In this document: positions 37,321 to 46,941 of the stretch, one piece after another
Layout: each line of letters starts with the position of its first letter
Numbering within the stretch: position 1 is the stretch's first letter
Origin: a virus
Reading direction: 5' to 3' (one strand)
IMG/VR virus record: IMGVR_UViG_3300042691_044682
Coordinates: 1-64,000 of that record
DNA length: 64,000 nucleotides
Notes under the pieces: model-generated
What the model was told of the DNA's origin: nothing
The model's database searches: none
Seen by the model: only the letters and a program-made list of their open reading frames with translations
Translations under genes and position numbers: made by a program

Positions 37321-37965
37321 ATGAGCTTCCCCTTGCCGAGCGTGCGCTCCGTCTCCGGAGTGGCGCTCAAGGCGGCACTCGATGTGATCGCGACCGTGGC
37401 CCGCTGGCGGGACGCCCTGCCGAACGACCCCGACACGATCCGCGACGCCGCCATCAAGGCTCTGGCCGCGCTCGAGCTCATCCGCGAAGCCCCCACCGCC
37501 ACCGCGGCGCGGGGCTTCAAGACCGACGCCCTTTCCGAAGACGAGATCCTCGCCCTCTACGCCGCCCGCAACGCCTGGTTTCGAGCCGGCTGGCGCGCAA
37601 TCGACCGGGCGATGGCCGTCTACGGCCCCGACTGGGGGAAGGTGCCCGGCAACCGTGTCTATGCCACGGTGCCGCGCAACCTGCGCTTCCGCTACAACCG
37701 GCACACCCGCAAGGTGACCCTCGATGCCGCCCAGCAGATCATCGCCGCCCCGGTCTTCTGGGTCGACGGCGACCTGCCGGCCGAGGTGACGATCGGCGGA
37801 GTGGTGCCGTCCCCCTGGCAACCCGACCTCGCCAGGCTCTCCCGCGAGGGCGAGATCTGGTCGAGCGGGAAGTGGGCGAAGACCTTCGAGATGAGGGTCG
37901 ACTACGAGCTCTGGCGCGCGAAGTACCCGGACCAGTACCGGAACACTTCGGCCACCAGGTCATAG
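37321..37965 (+). CDS. Hypothetical protein
   Basis: Leader plus AGGAG. Confidence 0.65.
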   Translation: MSFPLPSVRSVSGVALKAALDVIATVARWRDALPNDPDTIRDAAIKALAALELIREAPTATAARGFKTDALSEDEILALYAARNAWFRAGWRAIDRAMAVYGPDWGKVPGNRVYATVPRNLRFRYNRHTRKVTLDAAQQIIAAPVFWVDGDLPAEVTIGGVVPSPWQPDLARLSREGEIWSSGKWAKTFEMRVDYELWRAKYPDQYRNTSATRS

Positions 37966-38062
37966 CCGATGGGCCATGCCACCCCTCGCGGGAGGCATGC
38001 GCCAACGGACCGCCGCGCCCCCCCGGCACCGTCCTCCGAGGCGGGGGGCCATGGAGACCACC

Positions 38063-38800
38063 ATGACCGACTTCACCCTCGCCGGCTCCGATGTCGGCGT
38101 GCGGCGCGTCGACTTCGCCGGGCTCGTCGCTGAGCTCGGCGACGACGCCGCGCTGGACGCCATCGCCGCCACCGAAAATGGCGGCGTGCATCGCGCGCCC
38201 GGCACGCCGGTTCGCCTGGTCCGCCGCTTCAAGAGCGGCGACGAGGCGCTCGGCTTCGACTACTTCGCCCGCAAGGCCGGCGTCTCCCCCGAGGAGCGCG
38301 CCACGCCGGAGGGCGAGCCCGCCGACGACGACAAAAACGACGAGACCAACCGCAACGCTCCCCTCGAAGGGGAGGCGCTCGCACCCTCGTATCAGCACCT
38401 CTACACGACGTTCCAGCAGGACCCTGAGTCGGTCCAGCTGAAGCGCGTGACCGTGCGCTTCTCCCTAACGGTGCCCGTCAGCCTGGCTGTGCGGGCGCCC
38501 GACGAGAAGGCCGCGCGCGAGGTGGTTCGCCGCTACATCACCGGCGAGGAATTCGACACCGACACGGCCATCCTGATGAGCCCGGTGGACATCCTCGCCG
38601 CCGCGGCGCGCCGCCTGGAGAATGCCGAGAACCTGGCCGAGGCCGAATGGTCGGCCTCCACCTTGCGCGTCGAAGACGTGACCAAGGAGGAGGTCGAGAA
38701 GCTGCTGCGGCGCCTGCTCGCGGAGGAACTCCGCGCCTACCAGGAGACCGTCGTCAGCAACGTCGACGCACTCGCCGCCATCTTCGAGCGCGGTGGTTGA
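38063..38800 (+). CDS. Hypothetical protein
   Basis: Leader plus GGAGA. Confidence 0.65.
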   Translation: MTDFTLAGSDVGVRRVDFAGLVAELGDDAALDAIAATENGGVHRAPGTPVRLVRRFKSGDEALGFDYFARKAGVSPEERATPEGEPADDDKNDETNRNAPLEGEALAPSYQHLYTTFQQDPESVQLKRVTVRFSLTVPVSLAVRAPDEKAAREVVRRYITGEEFDTDTAILMSPVDILAAAARRLENAENLAEAEWSASTLRVEDVTKEEVEKLLRRLLAEELRAYQETVVSNVDALAAIFERGG

Positions 38801-38890
38801 TCGCATGCCCGCCCGGCCCCGCGTCGGGCGGGACATGCGATGCCTCGCCCCCGGGCATCGCCCGTCGCGAATGGGGGCCGGAGACACCAT

Positions 38891-39508
38891 ATGTCCTCCA
38901 TCCAGATGCCGCCCCCCAATCGCGGGGACCGGCGCCGCCTCGAGCGCAAGCAGCGCAAGAGGAACCGGAAGTATCCCATCTTCGGAATGATGGCCCACGG
39001 GACCTCCCGTGACCACGAAGAGCTCGCCCGCACCCCCGAACAGTCCGCCGATCACCACATGAAGATGATGAAGGACCTGTTCGAGAAGGCTGGCGCCAAC
39101 TCGACGCCGCACCTGATCACATTCGGCCCGTCGGGCTCGATGTTCATCCTCGGCGACCCCGAGGAACACGACAACGCGACCTCGGTCGCGCCTTCGCAAG
39201 CGAAGGTGGTCGCCTGGACGGCGGCCTGGGCCAAGCGCCGCAACGCCGACAGGTACGTCCTCGGCGTCGGTGCCTGGGTCATGCCGAACGCCCTGGCGAA
39301 CGACCGGCAGCCGCGCCGTTGCATCCTCGTCGTCGTGGACGATCGCGAAGCCGGCCTAACCATCAAGGCCAGCGAGGTGGTGCACGATCCGAAGACGGAC
39401 TCCATCGTCGGGTTCAACGACCACGCCCCGATCGACCTGGGGATCCAGAAGGTCCTCTTCCGCAACCTGCTGCCGGCCAAGTCGGTCGGCGCAGAACTCG
39501 CCGCATGA
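38891..39508 (+). CDS. Hypothetical protein
   Basis: Leader plus GGAGA. Confidence 0.65.
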   Translation: MSSIQMPPPNRGDRRRLERKQRKRNRKYPIFGMMAHGTSRDHEELARTPEQSADHHMKMMKDLFEKAGANSTPHLITFGPSGSMFILGDPEEHDNATSVAPSQAKVVAWTAAWAKRRNADRYVLGVGAWVMPNALANDRQPRRCILVVVDDREAGLTIKASEVVHDPKTDSIVGFNDHAPIDLGIQKVLFRNLLPAKSVGAELAA

Positions 39509-39601
39509 GAGTCCGGCGCCCCTTCCCGGGGCGCCGGCGCTAGCGGCGTCTCCCCCCGGGCGCCGCCCTTCGATCACGGGGGATCATGGAGAACCACTAC
39601 C

Positions 39602-39901
39602 ATGACGACCAACGCTGCGCGCCGCGACCCGGCGCGCATCGAGCAGGCCATCGAGTGCCTGCGCCACGCCCGCCGCCTCCTCCGCAAGGCGGGCTGCAAG
39701 CGCGCCGCCCAGCGCGTCCGCGGCGCCCTCAAGAGCGCCGAGGGCGCGCACCGGCACGCCGAGAACCTGGTGGTCCGGCACGGCGACTACGGCCCGCCGG
39801 CGCCCGCCATCACCACCGACCTACTGCAGCCGCCGCCCGACCTCGCCCAGAAGTGGGAGGCCGAGGCGCGCCGGCTGACCGCGGCGGCGGGAGCCTCGTG
39901 A
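39602..39901 (+). CDS. Hypothetical protein
   Basis: VRGALKSAEGA.RHA motif. Confidence 0.6.
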   Translation: MTTNAARRDPARIEQAIECLRHARRLLRKAGCKRAAQRVRGALKSAEGAHRHAENLVVRHGDYGPPAPAITTDLLQPPPDLAQKWEAEARRLTAAAGAS

Positions 39902-40197
39902 TGAACACGCCGCTCCCGCCGCCGGTCGGCTTCGTCGTCTACCGCAGCGCCGCGAAAGCGGCGGTGCAGTGGAGCCGCACCGTGAAGCTCGCCGAGACCA
40001 AGACCTTCGTCGAGGCCTGCATCAAGGCCGTCGCGCACTCCAAGAAGATCAACGGGGAGACCCGCGTCTTCCCGGTCGGTGCCGACCCCCGCAATGGCGC
40101 AAATGCCTGGGCGGTGGCCTGGTACGGCGAGACCATCCACCTGCGGCACGGCCCGTCGATGCGCGACATCATCGCGCGCGCCGCGGCCGCGACCTGA
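39901..40197 (+). CDS. Hypothetical protein
   Basis: Coupled ORF. Confidence 0.55.
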   Translation: MNTPLPPPVGFVVYRSAAKAAVQWSRTVKLAETKTFVEACIKAVAHSKKINGETRVFPVGADPRNGANAWAVAWYGETIHLRHGPSMRDIIARAAAAT

Positions 40198-40290
40198 TCG
40201 TCTGCCACCGCCGGCTTCGGCCGGCGGTGCGCAAGCGATGCCACGCCCCCGGGCATTGCCCGTCGCGAACAGGGGGCCATGGAGACCACC

Positions 40291-40617
40291 ATGACCATCT
40301 CACTCGAATTCCAGCGCGTCGTGATGCTCAGCACCGGGCACATCACGAAGGACGACAACGAGCGCCTGCACGAAATGGCGCTCGCCGACCTTGAGGACGG
40401 CGCGCAGCCGTTCCTGGTCGCGTCCTATTATGGGGGCTTCCTCATCCGAGTGCTCGGGGAGCCCATCTTCCCCGAAACGCTTCATCAGCGCGAGAATGCC
40501 GGCCTGTCCGATGCCTTCCTTGCCCTGATGAAGTTGGCGGCCGAGCACAAGGCGGACTGGCTTCGCCTCGACACGGACGGCCTCACCTCCGATGAGTTGC
40601 CCACTTTCGAGTGGTGA
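40291..40617 (+). CDS. DUF5983-like hypothetical protein
   Basis: LSTGHIT...WLRLD.DG...LPTFEW. Confidence 0.6.
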   Translation: MTISLEFQRVVMLSTGHITKDDNERLHEMALADLEDGAQPFLVASYYGGFLIRVLGEPIFPETLHQRENAGLSDAFLALMKLAAEHKADWLRLDTDGLTSDELPTFEW

Positions 40618-40721
40618 CCAAGCCGCATGCCGCCACCGGCCCGTCCGGTGGTGCGCATGCCTTCCGTCCCGCCCGCGCGGGAGGCCCGTCGTGGCCATAG
40701 CGGGCGAGGAGACCTCCCCCC

Positions 40722-42113
40722 ATGGGGAAGAACCCTTTTCCTCCGGCGACGCCAGACGACCTGGCGCGCGTCGCGCCCATGCTCAGCTTCATGTCGAGCA
40801 TGGAAGGCAGCTCGCGCTTCGCATCGGCGCTCCTCGAGGCCTTCAACCTCGTGAAGCTCGATGCGGAGACGCGCGCCTGGCTCGAAGGCCCCGTGGTGGT
40901 GCATTCCACCTCGACCTGGCCGATCGAGCACGGCGATACCCCCCGCTGGATGCTGGACCGGATCCCGGCCGAGAGGCTGGAGATCGTCATGGGCCAGCAT
41001 CCGGGGATGATCGTCGGCCCGTGCGAGATCGCAGCGGTGATGCAAAGCGCCATCCATACGGCGCCCCTCACCATGCAAGGCAATGGCCTGTATCTCTGGG
41101 CCACGGCCCGCGCGCTGCAGCATCGCACGCACGAAGACGGCACCCCGAATCCGCTGTCGGTGGAGGAAGCCGAGCGCATGCTCGGATCCCGGCTCCCACA
41201 GGACGCCGAGATCCTCAGCGCGGCCGGCATGTACCACCAGGACTACCGCTCCCTCTGCGCCGAGATCCGGCGCAAGGTGGCGGCAGGCGGGGGCAAGCGC
41301 ATCGCGCCTGGTCTCAGGCCGCGGCCTGCTCCCCTGACGGCGCCCATCGCGGCGCCGCCCAAGACCGTCCCGGTCCCTTCCGAGGTCGCGGCCGTCCTGG
41401 CCACGTCGACCTGCGAGGGGAACGTCCTCAAGCTCCCGCAGCAGCTCGATCGCCCGACCTACGAGGCGACCGATGCGGTGCTGAAGGCGCTGGGAGGGAA
41501 GTGGAATCGCCACAAGGGCGGGCACGTCTTCGCCGAAGACCCCGCCCCGCTGATCGCCAATGCCCTTGGCGACGGCGCGGTCATCGACCGCAAGAAGACC
41601 TTCGAGATCTTCGAGACGCCGCCCGAGGTGGCCGCGCGCATGGTGGGGATGCTCCCCGCCAGCGAGCGGCTCCTCGAGCCATCGGCCGGTACGGGCCGAC
41701 TGGTGAAGGCAGCACTCCTCGCGGGCACGGCGCAGTCCATCCACGCCATCGAGGTTGACCCGCGCAACGTGGGCGAGCTGCGAGCGATCGCAGATCCCCG
41801 CGTCGCGGTGATCCATGGCGACTTCCTTTCCATCGCCGGAGACACCACATATGACGCCTGCGCGATGAACCCGCCGTTCCGAAACGGCGCCGACATTGCG
41901 CATGTGCGTCGTGCCTACGAGCTGCTTCGGCCAGGCGGCACCCTCGTCGCCATCATGAGCGAGGGCGCGTTCCACCAGCAGCAGCGCCGGGCCAAGGAGT
42001 TCCGCTCCTGGCTCCGCGACCTCAAGACCGAGACGGAGAAACTGCCCGCCGGGACCTTCCGCCAGGAAGGCACCGACGTGGTTACGCGGCTCATCCAGAT
42101 CCGGAAGCCGTGA
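40722..42113 (+). CDS. Orphan amino-methyltransferase (N6-A type) with N-terminal extension
   Basis: FETPP, LEPSAGTG, GDFL, MNPPF and LP.GTF..GT.V motifs. Confidence 0.8.
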   Translation: MGKNPFPPATPDDLARVAPMLSFMSSMEGSSRFASALLEAFNLVKLDAETRAWLEGPVVVHSTSTWPIEHGDTPRWMLDRIPAERLEIVMGQHPGMIVGPCEIAAVMQSAIHTAPLTMQGNGLYLWATARALQHRTHEDGTPNPLSVEEAERMLGSRLPQDAEILSAAGMYHQDYRSLCAEIRRKVAAGGGKRIAPGLRPRPAPLTAPIAAPPKTVPVPSEVAAVLATSTCEGNVLKLPQQLDRPTYEATDAVLKALGGKWNRHKGGHVFAEDPAPLIANALGDGAVIDRKKTFEIFETPPEVAARMVGMLPASERLLEPSAGTGRLVKAALLAGTAQSIHAIEVDPRNVGELRAIADPRVAVIHGDFLSIAGDTTYDACAMNPPFRNGADIAHVRRAYELLRPGGTLVAIMSEGAFHQQQRRAKEFRSWLRDLKTETEKLPAGTFRQEGTDVVTRLIQIRKP

Positions 42114-42433
42114 TCGCATGCCGCCGCCTGGGCAACCGGGCGGCGCGCAAGCGTCTCAGCCGCCCCCCATGGGACGCCCGTCGTGAACGGGGGGAAGGAG
42201 ATACCCATGATCGCTCAGCTGCTCGAACTCGTCGGGAAATTCATGCTGGCGATGGCGAACACGGTCGCCGCCTTGATGGTGGTGGTCGATATGATTCGCC
42301 GTCGCAGCGCCCCGGCGCAGGTCGGGAGCTACTGACCGCGTGCCGCCGGCCTCCGCTCAGGGGGCCGGCGTGCAAGCCGGTCCGCGCCCCAGGGACCGGC
42401 CCTTCGAGGAAATGGGGCGAAGGAAGAGAGAGC

Positions 42434-42589
42434 ATGACCGGAACATTCGCGTTGGACCTCAGGACCATCGCGCACGCCCTCCTGCCGGAGGGGCTGCGCC
42501 GCTGGCTGGCCCACCTCCTCGAGCGCTTCGGGGAGGTGGCCGCCTTCGGCACGGCGATCATCGCTCTGGTGGTCGGCATTCTGCGCTGA
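42434..42589 (+). CDS. Small membrane protein
   Basis: Leader plus RBS. Confidence 0.45.
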   Translation: MTGTFALDLRTIAHALLPEGLRRWLAHLLERFGEVAAFGTAIIALVVGILR

Positions 42590-42836
42590 CCACCGCACTG
42601 GCCCATCTGGGCGACGCCGCTTCGGGAGACCGGGGCGGCGTTTTTTCTGTTGCGCCGCGAATCGCAGTATGCTGTGAACCACATCGAGCCGCCTCCCCGG
42701 CGGCTCGACATTCTTGGACGTTTCCTCCCTAGACTCGGCCGCTGGCGGACCACCCGCCGGCGGCCTTTCTTTTTTCCGCTTGACGCAAACCACAGGATCG
42801 TGTTGTTTTCCTCTCGTCGTTATGACGGAGGCGAGA

Positions 42837-43700
42837 GTGAGCGACGCGATAGATGTGGCCGAGGCCCCGGCGGTTCCGGCGAGGCCCACACCCCGGGAGC
42901 CGGGGCTCCATTTCAATGTGCCGGAGGCCGAGTACCACTCGGGGCCGGAAGTCTCCGTCTCGAAGCTCAAGCGCCTGGCCGTCGCGCCCGCGAAGGTCCT
43001 GGTGCCGCAGAAGGAGACCGAGGCCCTCGCCGCCGGGACCCTGCGCCACATGGCGCTGCTCCAGCCCCATCTGCTCGAGGCGACCTACTTCGTGACCGAC
43101 CTCGAGCGGATCTCCGCCCGCGAGAAGGCCACCCAGGCCGAGATCGAGCGCGCCGGCGGCCGCGAGCTGGTGAAGCGCGCGGAGTGGGAGGCCGCCCTGC
43201 GCCTGCGCGACGCCGTCCACACCCACCCCACGCTGCGCGACATGCTCGCCCCCGAGGGCCTCGCCTGCGAGGCCAGCTTCTACTGGATCGACGCCGTGAC
43301 GGGCCTGCGCTGCCGCGGCCGCGCCGACGCGCTGCGGCTCGACTGGGGGGTGGCGATCGACCTCAAGACCACCGAGGACGCCAGCCCCGCCGGCTTCGCG
43401 CGGGCCGTCGCGAACTACAAGTGGCACTGGCAGAACGCCTTCTATGCCCAGGGCCTGACCGCGACGTGGCAGGACCCGCAGGCGTTCTTCTTCGTCGCGG
43501 TCGAGAAGGAGCCGCCCTTCCTGCCGGCGATCTACGAGCTCGACCAGCGCGCCGTGGATCTCGGCCGGCGCGATGTCGCCGCCCAGCTCGAAATCTGGGC
43601 CCGCTGCGAGCGGGCCGGGATCTGGCCCGGATACGACGAGCGGCCCGTGCGCCTCGATCTGCCCGGTTGGGCCTACGCGCAGGCCGGGGAGTACGCCTGA
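42837..43700 (+). CDS. recE: RecE-like PD-(D/E)XK exonuclease (DUF3799)
   Basis: EYH, S.S.LK, GT..H..LL.P, CRGRAD, IDLKTT, Y..Q.AFY and FVAVEKEPP. Confidence 0.85.
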   Translation: MSDAIDVAEAPAVPARPTPREPGLHFNVPEAEYHSGPEVSVSKLKRLAVAPAKVLVPQKETEALAAGTLRHMALLQPHLLEATYFVTDLERISAREKATQAEIERAGGRELVKRAEWEAALRLRDAVHTHPTLRDMLAPEGLACEASFYWIDAVTGLRCRGRADALRLDWGVAIDLKTTEDASPAGFARAVANYKWHWQNAFYAQGLTATWQDPQAFFFVAVEKEPPFLPAIYELDQRAVDLGRRDVAAQLEIWARCERAGIWPGYDERPVRLDLPGWAYAQAGEYA

Positions 43701-44104
43701 TGTCCAGCGCCGCCACCATTCCCGCCGGCCTGGTCGCGCTCGGCCTGACCGACGGCCAGCGCCCCTTCGTGCTGGCCCAGGCCGAGATCGCCCAGTGCAT
43801 GCATGACCTCGGGCTGGTCATGCTGGCCCCGCCCTCCGAGGCGGCCGTCGCCCGCCTCGCCGGCGTCGCCGCCGGCCTGGACCGGGCCGCGAACAGGCTG
43901 CGCCGGGAGATCCTGCGCCAGGCGCCCGAGGCGGCGCCCGAACCCGCCGTCGTGACCCAGGAGATGTGCGAGGCCGCACATGCGGCCCTCGAGCAGCAGG
44001 CCAAGGGCGAGCTCTGGGACGACGCCGATGAGGTCCTCGAGGGCATCGAATGGCCGCCCATCCTGAGCGCCGCGCTCGCCGCCCCCACCCAGCAGAAGGC
44101 ATGA
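43700..44104 (+). CDS. Hypothetical protein
   Basis: TGATG-coupled. Confidence 0.55.
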   Translation: MSSAATIPAGLVALGLTDGQRPFVLAQAEIAQCMHDLGLVMLAPPSEAAVARLAGVAAGLDRAANRLRREILRQAPEAAPEPAVVTQEMCEAAHAALEQQAKGELWDDADEVLEGIEWPPILSAALAAPTQQKA

Positions 44105-44108
44105 CGCC

Positions 44109-45311
44109 ATGAGCCAGAACAGCAAGCCCCCCACGGGCGCCCCCACCCGCGATCTCGCCACCATCCGCGCCGCCGGCAAGCAGGTGGCCAAGGACGCCGG
44201 CGGCGACCTCGTGAAGAGCTTCTTCGAGGCCCACAAGGACACCATCGCCGCCGTGCTGCCCCGGCACATGACGCCGGAGCGCATGCTCAACCTCGGGCTG
44301 CGCGCCCTGCGAGTCACGCCCCGCCTCATGGAGGCGAACCTCGCCAGCCTGTTCGGCGCGACCGTGACGGTCGCGCAGATGGGCCTCGAGCCGAACACCC
44401 CGCTGCGCCACGTCCACCTCATCCCCTACCGGAACACCAAGGCGAACCGGACGGACGTGCAGGTCATCATCGGCTACCAGGGCTACATCGAGCTCGCCCG
44501 CCGCTCGGGCCAGATCGAGACGCTGGCCGCGCGCGCCGTCTTCGCCCGCGACAAGTTCCGGATCAGCTACGGCATCGAGGACACCATCGAGCACGAGCCG
44601 GCGCTGAACGGCGAGCGCGGCGAGTTCATCGGCGCCTACGCCGTCGCGAAGATGAAGGGCGGCGGCTACCAATTCGAGTGGATGGCGAAGGGCGAGATCG
44701 ACCGCATCCGGGACGGCTCCTCGAACGTGAAGGAGGCGCTCCGGGCGGCCGAGAAGTACAAGCGGGCGCCCCAGGGCCCCTGGTTCGAGCACTACGACGA
44801 GATGGCCCGCAAGACCGTCATCCGGCGGCTGGCCAAGTACCTGCCGCTCTCGGTCGAGCTCGCCTCGGCCATCGAGCTGGACGAGAAGGCCGAGCGCGGC
44901 GCCCCCGTGAACTTCGGCAAGGTCCTCGACAACGTCGACTACGCCGAGGTCGTGGCGGCGGAGGAGGAGGACGGCGAGCCGGAGGCCACGGAGCAGGCGG
45001 AACGGGCGGAGCCGGCCGCGGCCGTGCTCCCCCTGCGCGGGGCGCGCCAGGTGGATGGCGAGGCGGGCCGGCCCCCTGTCGCCCAGGAGGGCGTGGTGGA
45101 GCTCGCGGCAGCCTACCGCTCGACCGTCGAGGCCATCCTGGGCGACGAGCCGCGCTTCACGGTCAGGGTCCTGGTCATGCCGAACGGCGCCAAGCCGGCC
45201 TGCTTCCTCGACCACAAGGGGCACGTCCATGCCTACCTCGAGGAGGCCCAGGCCCGGGCGGCGGCGGCGCGCATGGTCGACGCCGATGACTTTCCCGGGG
45301 CGGGCGCCTGA
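44109..45311 (+). CDS. recT: RecT recombinase
   Basis: LPRHMTPERM, GLEPN, IGYQGYIELARRSG, PW..HYDEMARKTVIRRL.KYLPLS. Confidence 0.95.
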   Translation: MSQNSKPPTGAPTRDLATIRAAGKQVAKDAGGDLVKSFFEAHKDTIAAVLPRHMTPERMLNLGLRALRVTPRLMEANLASLFGATVTVAQMGLEPNTPLRHVHLIPYRNTKANRTDVQVIIGYQGYIELARRSGQIETLAARAVFARDKFRISYGIEDTIEHEPALNGERGEFIGAYAVAKMKGGGYQFEWMAKGEIDRIRDGSSNVKEALRAAEKYKRAPQGPWFEHYDEMARKTVIRRLAKYLPLSVELASAIELDEKAERGAPVNFGKVLDNVDYAEVVAAEEEDGEPEATEQAERAEPAAAVLPLRGARQVDGEAGRPPVAQEGVVELAAAYRSTVEAILGDEPRFTVRVLVMPNGAKPACFLDHKGHVHAYLEEAQARAAAARMVDADDFPGAGA

Positions 45312-45353
45312 CCAAACGCCCGCTCCATTCACCCCAGCACAAGGTAGATCCCA

Positions 45354-45653
45354 ATGAGCCAGTCCCATCTGCTGCCCGACGAGGCCGAGATCGCCCGCGC
45401 CCAGGCGCAGGTGACCGAGGAGGCGCGTGAGGGCGAGCAGACCTTCGCCACCCTCGTCGCCTCCGCCTCCGGCGCCGTGGTGTCGGTCGAGGTGTTCCAG
45501 ACGAAGCGCGGCCCGCAGCTGCACGTCGTCGCGACCGGCAACGGCCGCCGCATGCAGCCCCTCATCTTCGACCGCTTCCAGATGGCCGCCCTGCTCGGCG
45601 CCATGGAGGGCGCTCGCCAGACGGCGATCAACGGGGCGGCGGATCCCTTCTGA
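45354..45653 (+). CDS. Hypothetical protein
   Basis: Operon ORF. Confidence 0.55.
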   Translation: MSQSHLLPDEAEIARAQAQVTEEAREGEQTFATLVASASGAVVSVEVFQTKRGPQLHVVATGNGRRMQPLIFDRFQMAALLGAMEGARQTAINGAADPF

Positions 45654-46015
45654 TGATCCCCCTCAACGGCATGCGGGTCCGTCACGATGGCCCCTGGCTG
45701 TGCCACGACGCACGGCTGAAGACGCTCTACCCGGCGGACCACCCGGCCCGCCGGCCGACCAAGCTGACGCACTTCGCCGATGCCGTGAGCGCCACCAATG
45801 CTCTCAGCATCGACCACGGCCACCTGCTCGACCTGGTGTGGAAGATCCGCTCGGCCGAGTCGTTGGCGATGCATGTGCGCGAGCACACCGGCTGCGAGAG
45901 GACCCGGGCGATCGCCATCGAGCTGTCGACCGGCTTCTTCGCGGACGTGCTGTCCGACATCGACGCCCTCCTCGCCCGCAAGGCCGAGGCGGAGCTCTGG
46001 GCCGAGGGGGACTGA
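45653..46015 (+). CDS. Hypothetical protein
   Basis: Coupled ORF. Confidence 0.55.
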   Translation: MIPLNGMRVRHDGPWLCHDARLKTLYPADHPARRPTKLTHFADAVSATNALSIDHGHLLDLVWKIRSAESLAMHVREHTGCERTRAIAIELSTGFFADVLSDIDALLARKAEAELWAEGD

Positions 46016-46018
46016 GCC

Positions 46019-46384
46019 ATGACCGACCTGCTGCCGCTCTTCCTGCGGCTGGTGCGCCAGGAGGAGCGCGAGCGCGACTTCACCGTGCGCCAGCTCTCGG
46101 TGCTGCTGCTGATCAACGCCCGCGGCGCCATGACCGTGCGGGCCATGGCGGCCGAGATGGGCATCCCGAAGCCTTCGGTGGTGCGCGCGATCGACGCGCT
46201 CCAGCGCATCGAGTTCGTCCGCCGGCGGGAGGATCCGAACGACCGGCGTAGCGTCCTGGTCTCGCTGCGCGCCGCCGGCCAGCGGTTCGTGGACGGCATC
46301 CGGCAAGAACCGGAGGGCAGGACCGTTCGCGTCGCCGAGCCCGTGGGGCTCAAGCTCGCGCGCCCGACAGCCGCCCAGGCATAA
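46019..46384 (+). CDS. MarR-family transcription factor
   Basis: TVRQLSVLL, TVRAMA..MGI.KP.V.RA.D.L and RR.D..DRRSVLV. Confidence 0.85.
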   Translation: MTDLLPLFLRLVRQEERERDFTVRQLSVLLLINARGAMTVRAMAAEMGIPKPSVVRAIDALQRIEFVRRREDPNDRRSVLVSLRAAGQRFVDGIRQEPEGRTVRVAEPVGLKLARPTAAQA

Positions 46385-46451
46385 GCCGGTAATCACATTT
46401 TCCTGTTGTTATGCGCGGGAAAATGTGCTGACTTCTGGGAGGGAGAAGCGG

Positions 46452-46673
46452 ATGAGCCAATTGCTGAAAGCGGTCGACGTCTATGGGCTGCTGCGCGAGC
46501 GGATCGCCGCCGCAGGCAGCCAGCGGGCCTACGCCACGCGCGTCGGCATCAGCCCTCAGTTCCTCTCCGACGTCCTCATGGCGCGCTCCGAGCCCTCGGC
46601 CGCCATCCTGGCCGACCTCGGCCTGCAGCGGGTGGTCCGCTACATCAGGAAGGATACGGTGAATGCCGGATAA
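46452..46673 (+). CDS. Small HTH protein
   Basis: GSQRAYA..VGISPQFLSDVL.AR.EP. Confidence 0.7.
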   Translation: MSQLLKAVDVYGLLRERIAAAGSQRAYATRVGISPQFLSDVLMARSEPSAAILADLGLQRVVRYIRKDTVNAG

Positions 46674-46941
46674 CAAGGCGACCAAGCAGACATCCGACGA
46701 GGCCGAGGTCGGCGGCATCGCCGCCGAGCGGCTTCGTTCGATCATTGAGCGCATCGAACGCCTCGAGGAGGAGAAGAAGGCGCTCTCGTCCGACATCAAG
46801 GACATCATGGCCGAGGCCAAGTCCGCCGCCTTCGACGTGAAGGTCCTGCGCCAGATCCTCAAGATCCGGAAGGCCGAGCCCGCCGAGGTGGAGGAGCAAG
46901 AAACCTTGCTCGACCTCTACCGCCGCGCGCTCGGGATGTGA
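46663..46941 (+). CDS. gapR: GapR/DUF2312 nucleoid-associated protein
   Basis: RLRSIIERIERLEEEKKAL..DIKDI.AEAKS..FD.K..RQI...LDLY..ALGM. Confidence 0.9.
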   Translation: MPDNKATKQTSDEAEVGGIAAERLRSIIERIERLEEEKKALSSDIKDIMAEAKSAAFDVKVLRQILKIRKAEPAEVEEQETLLDLYRRALGM

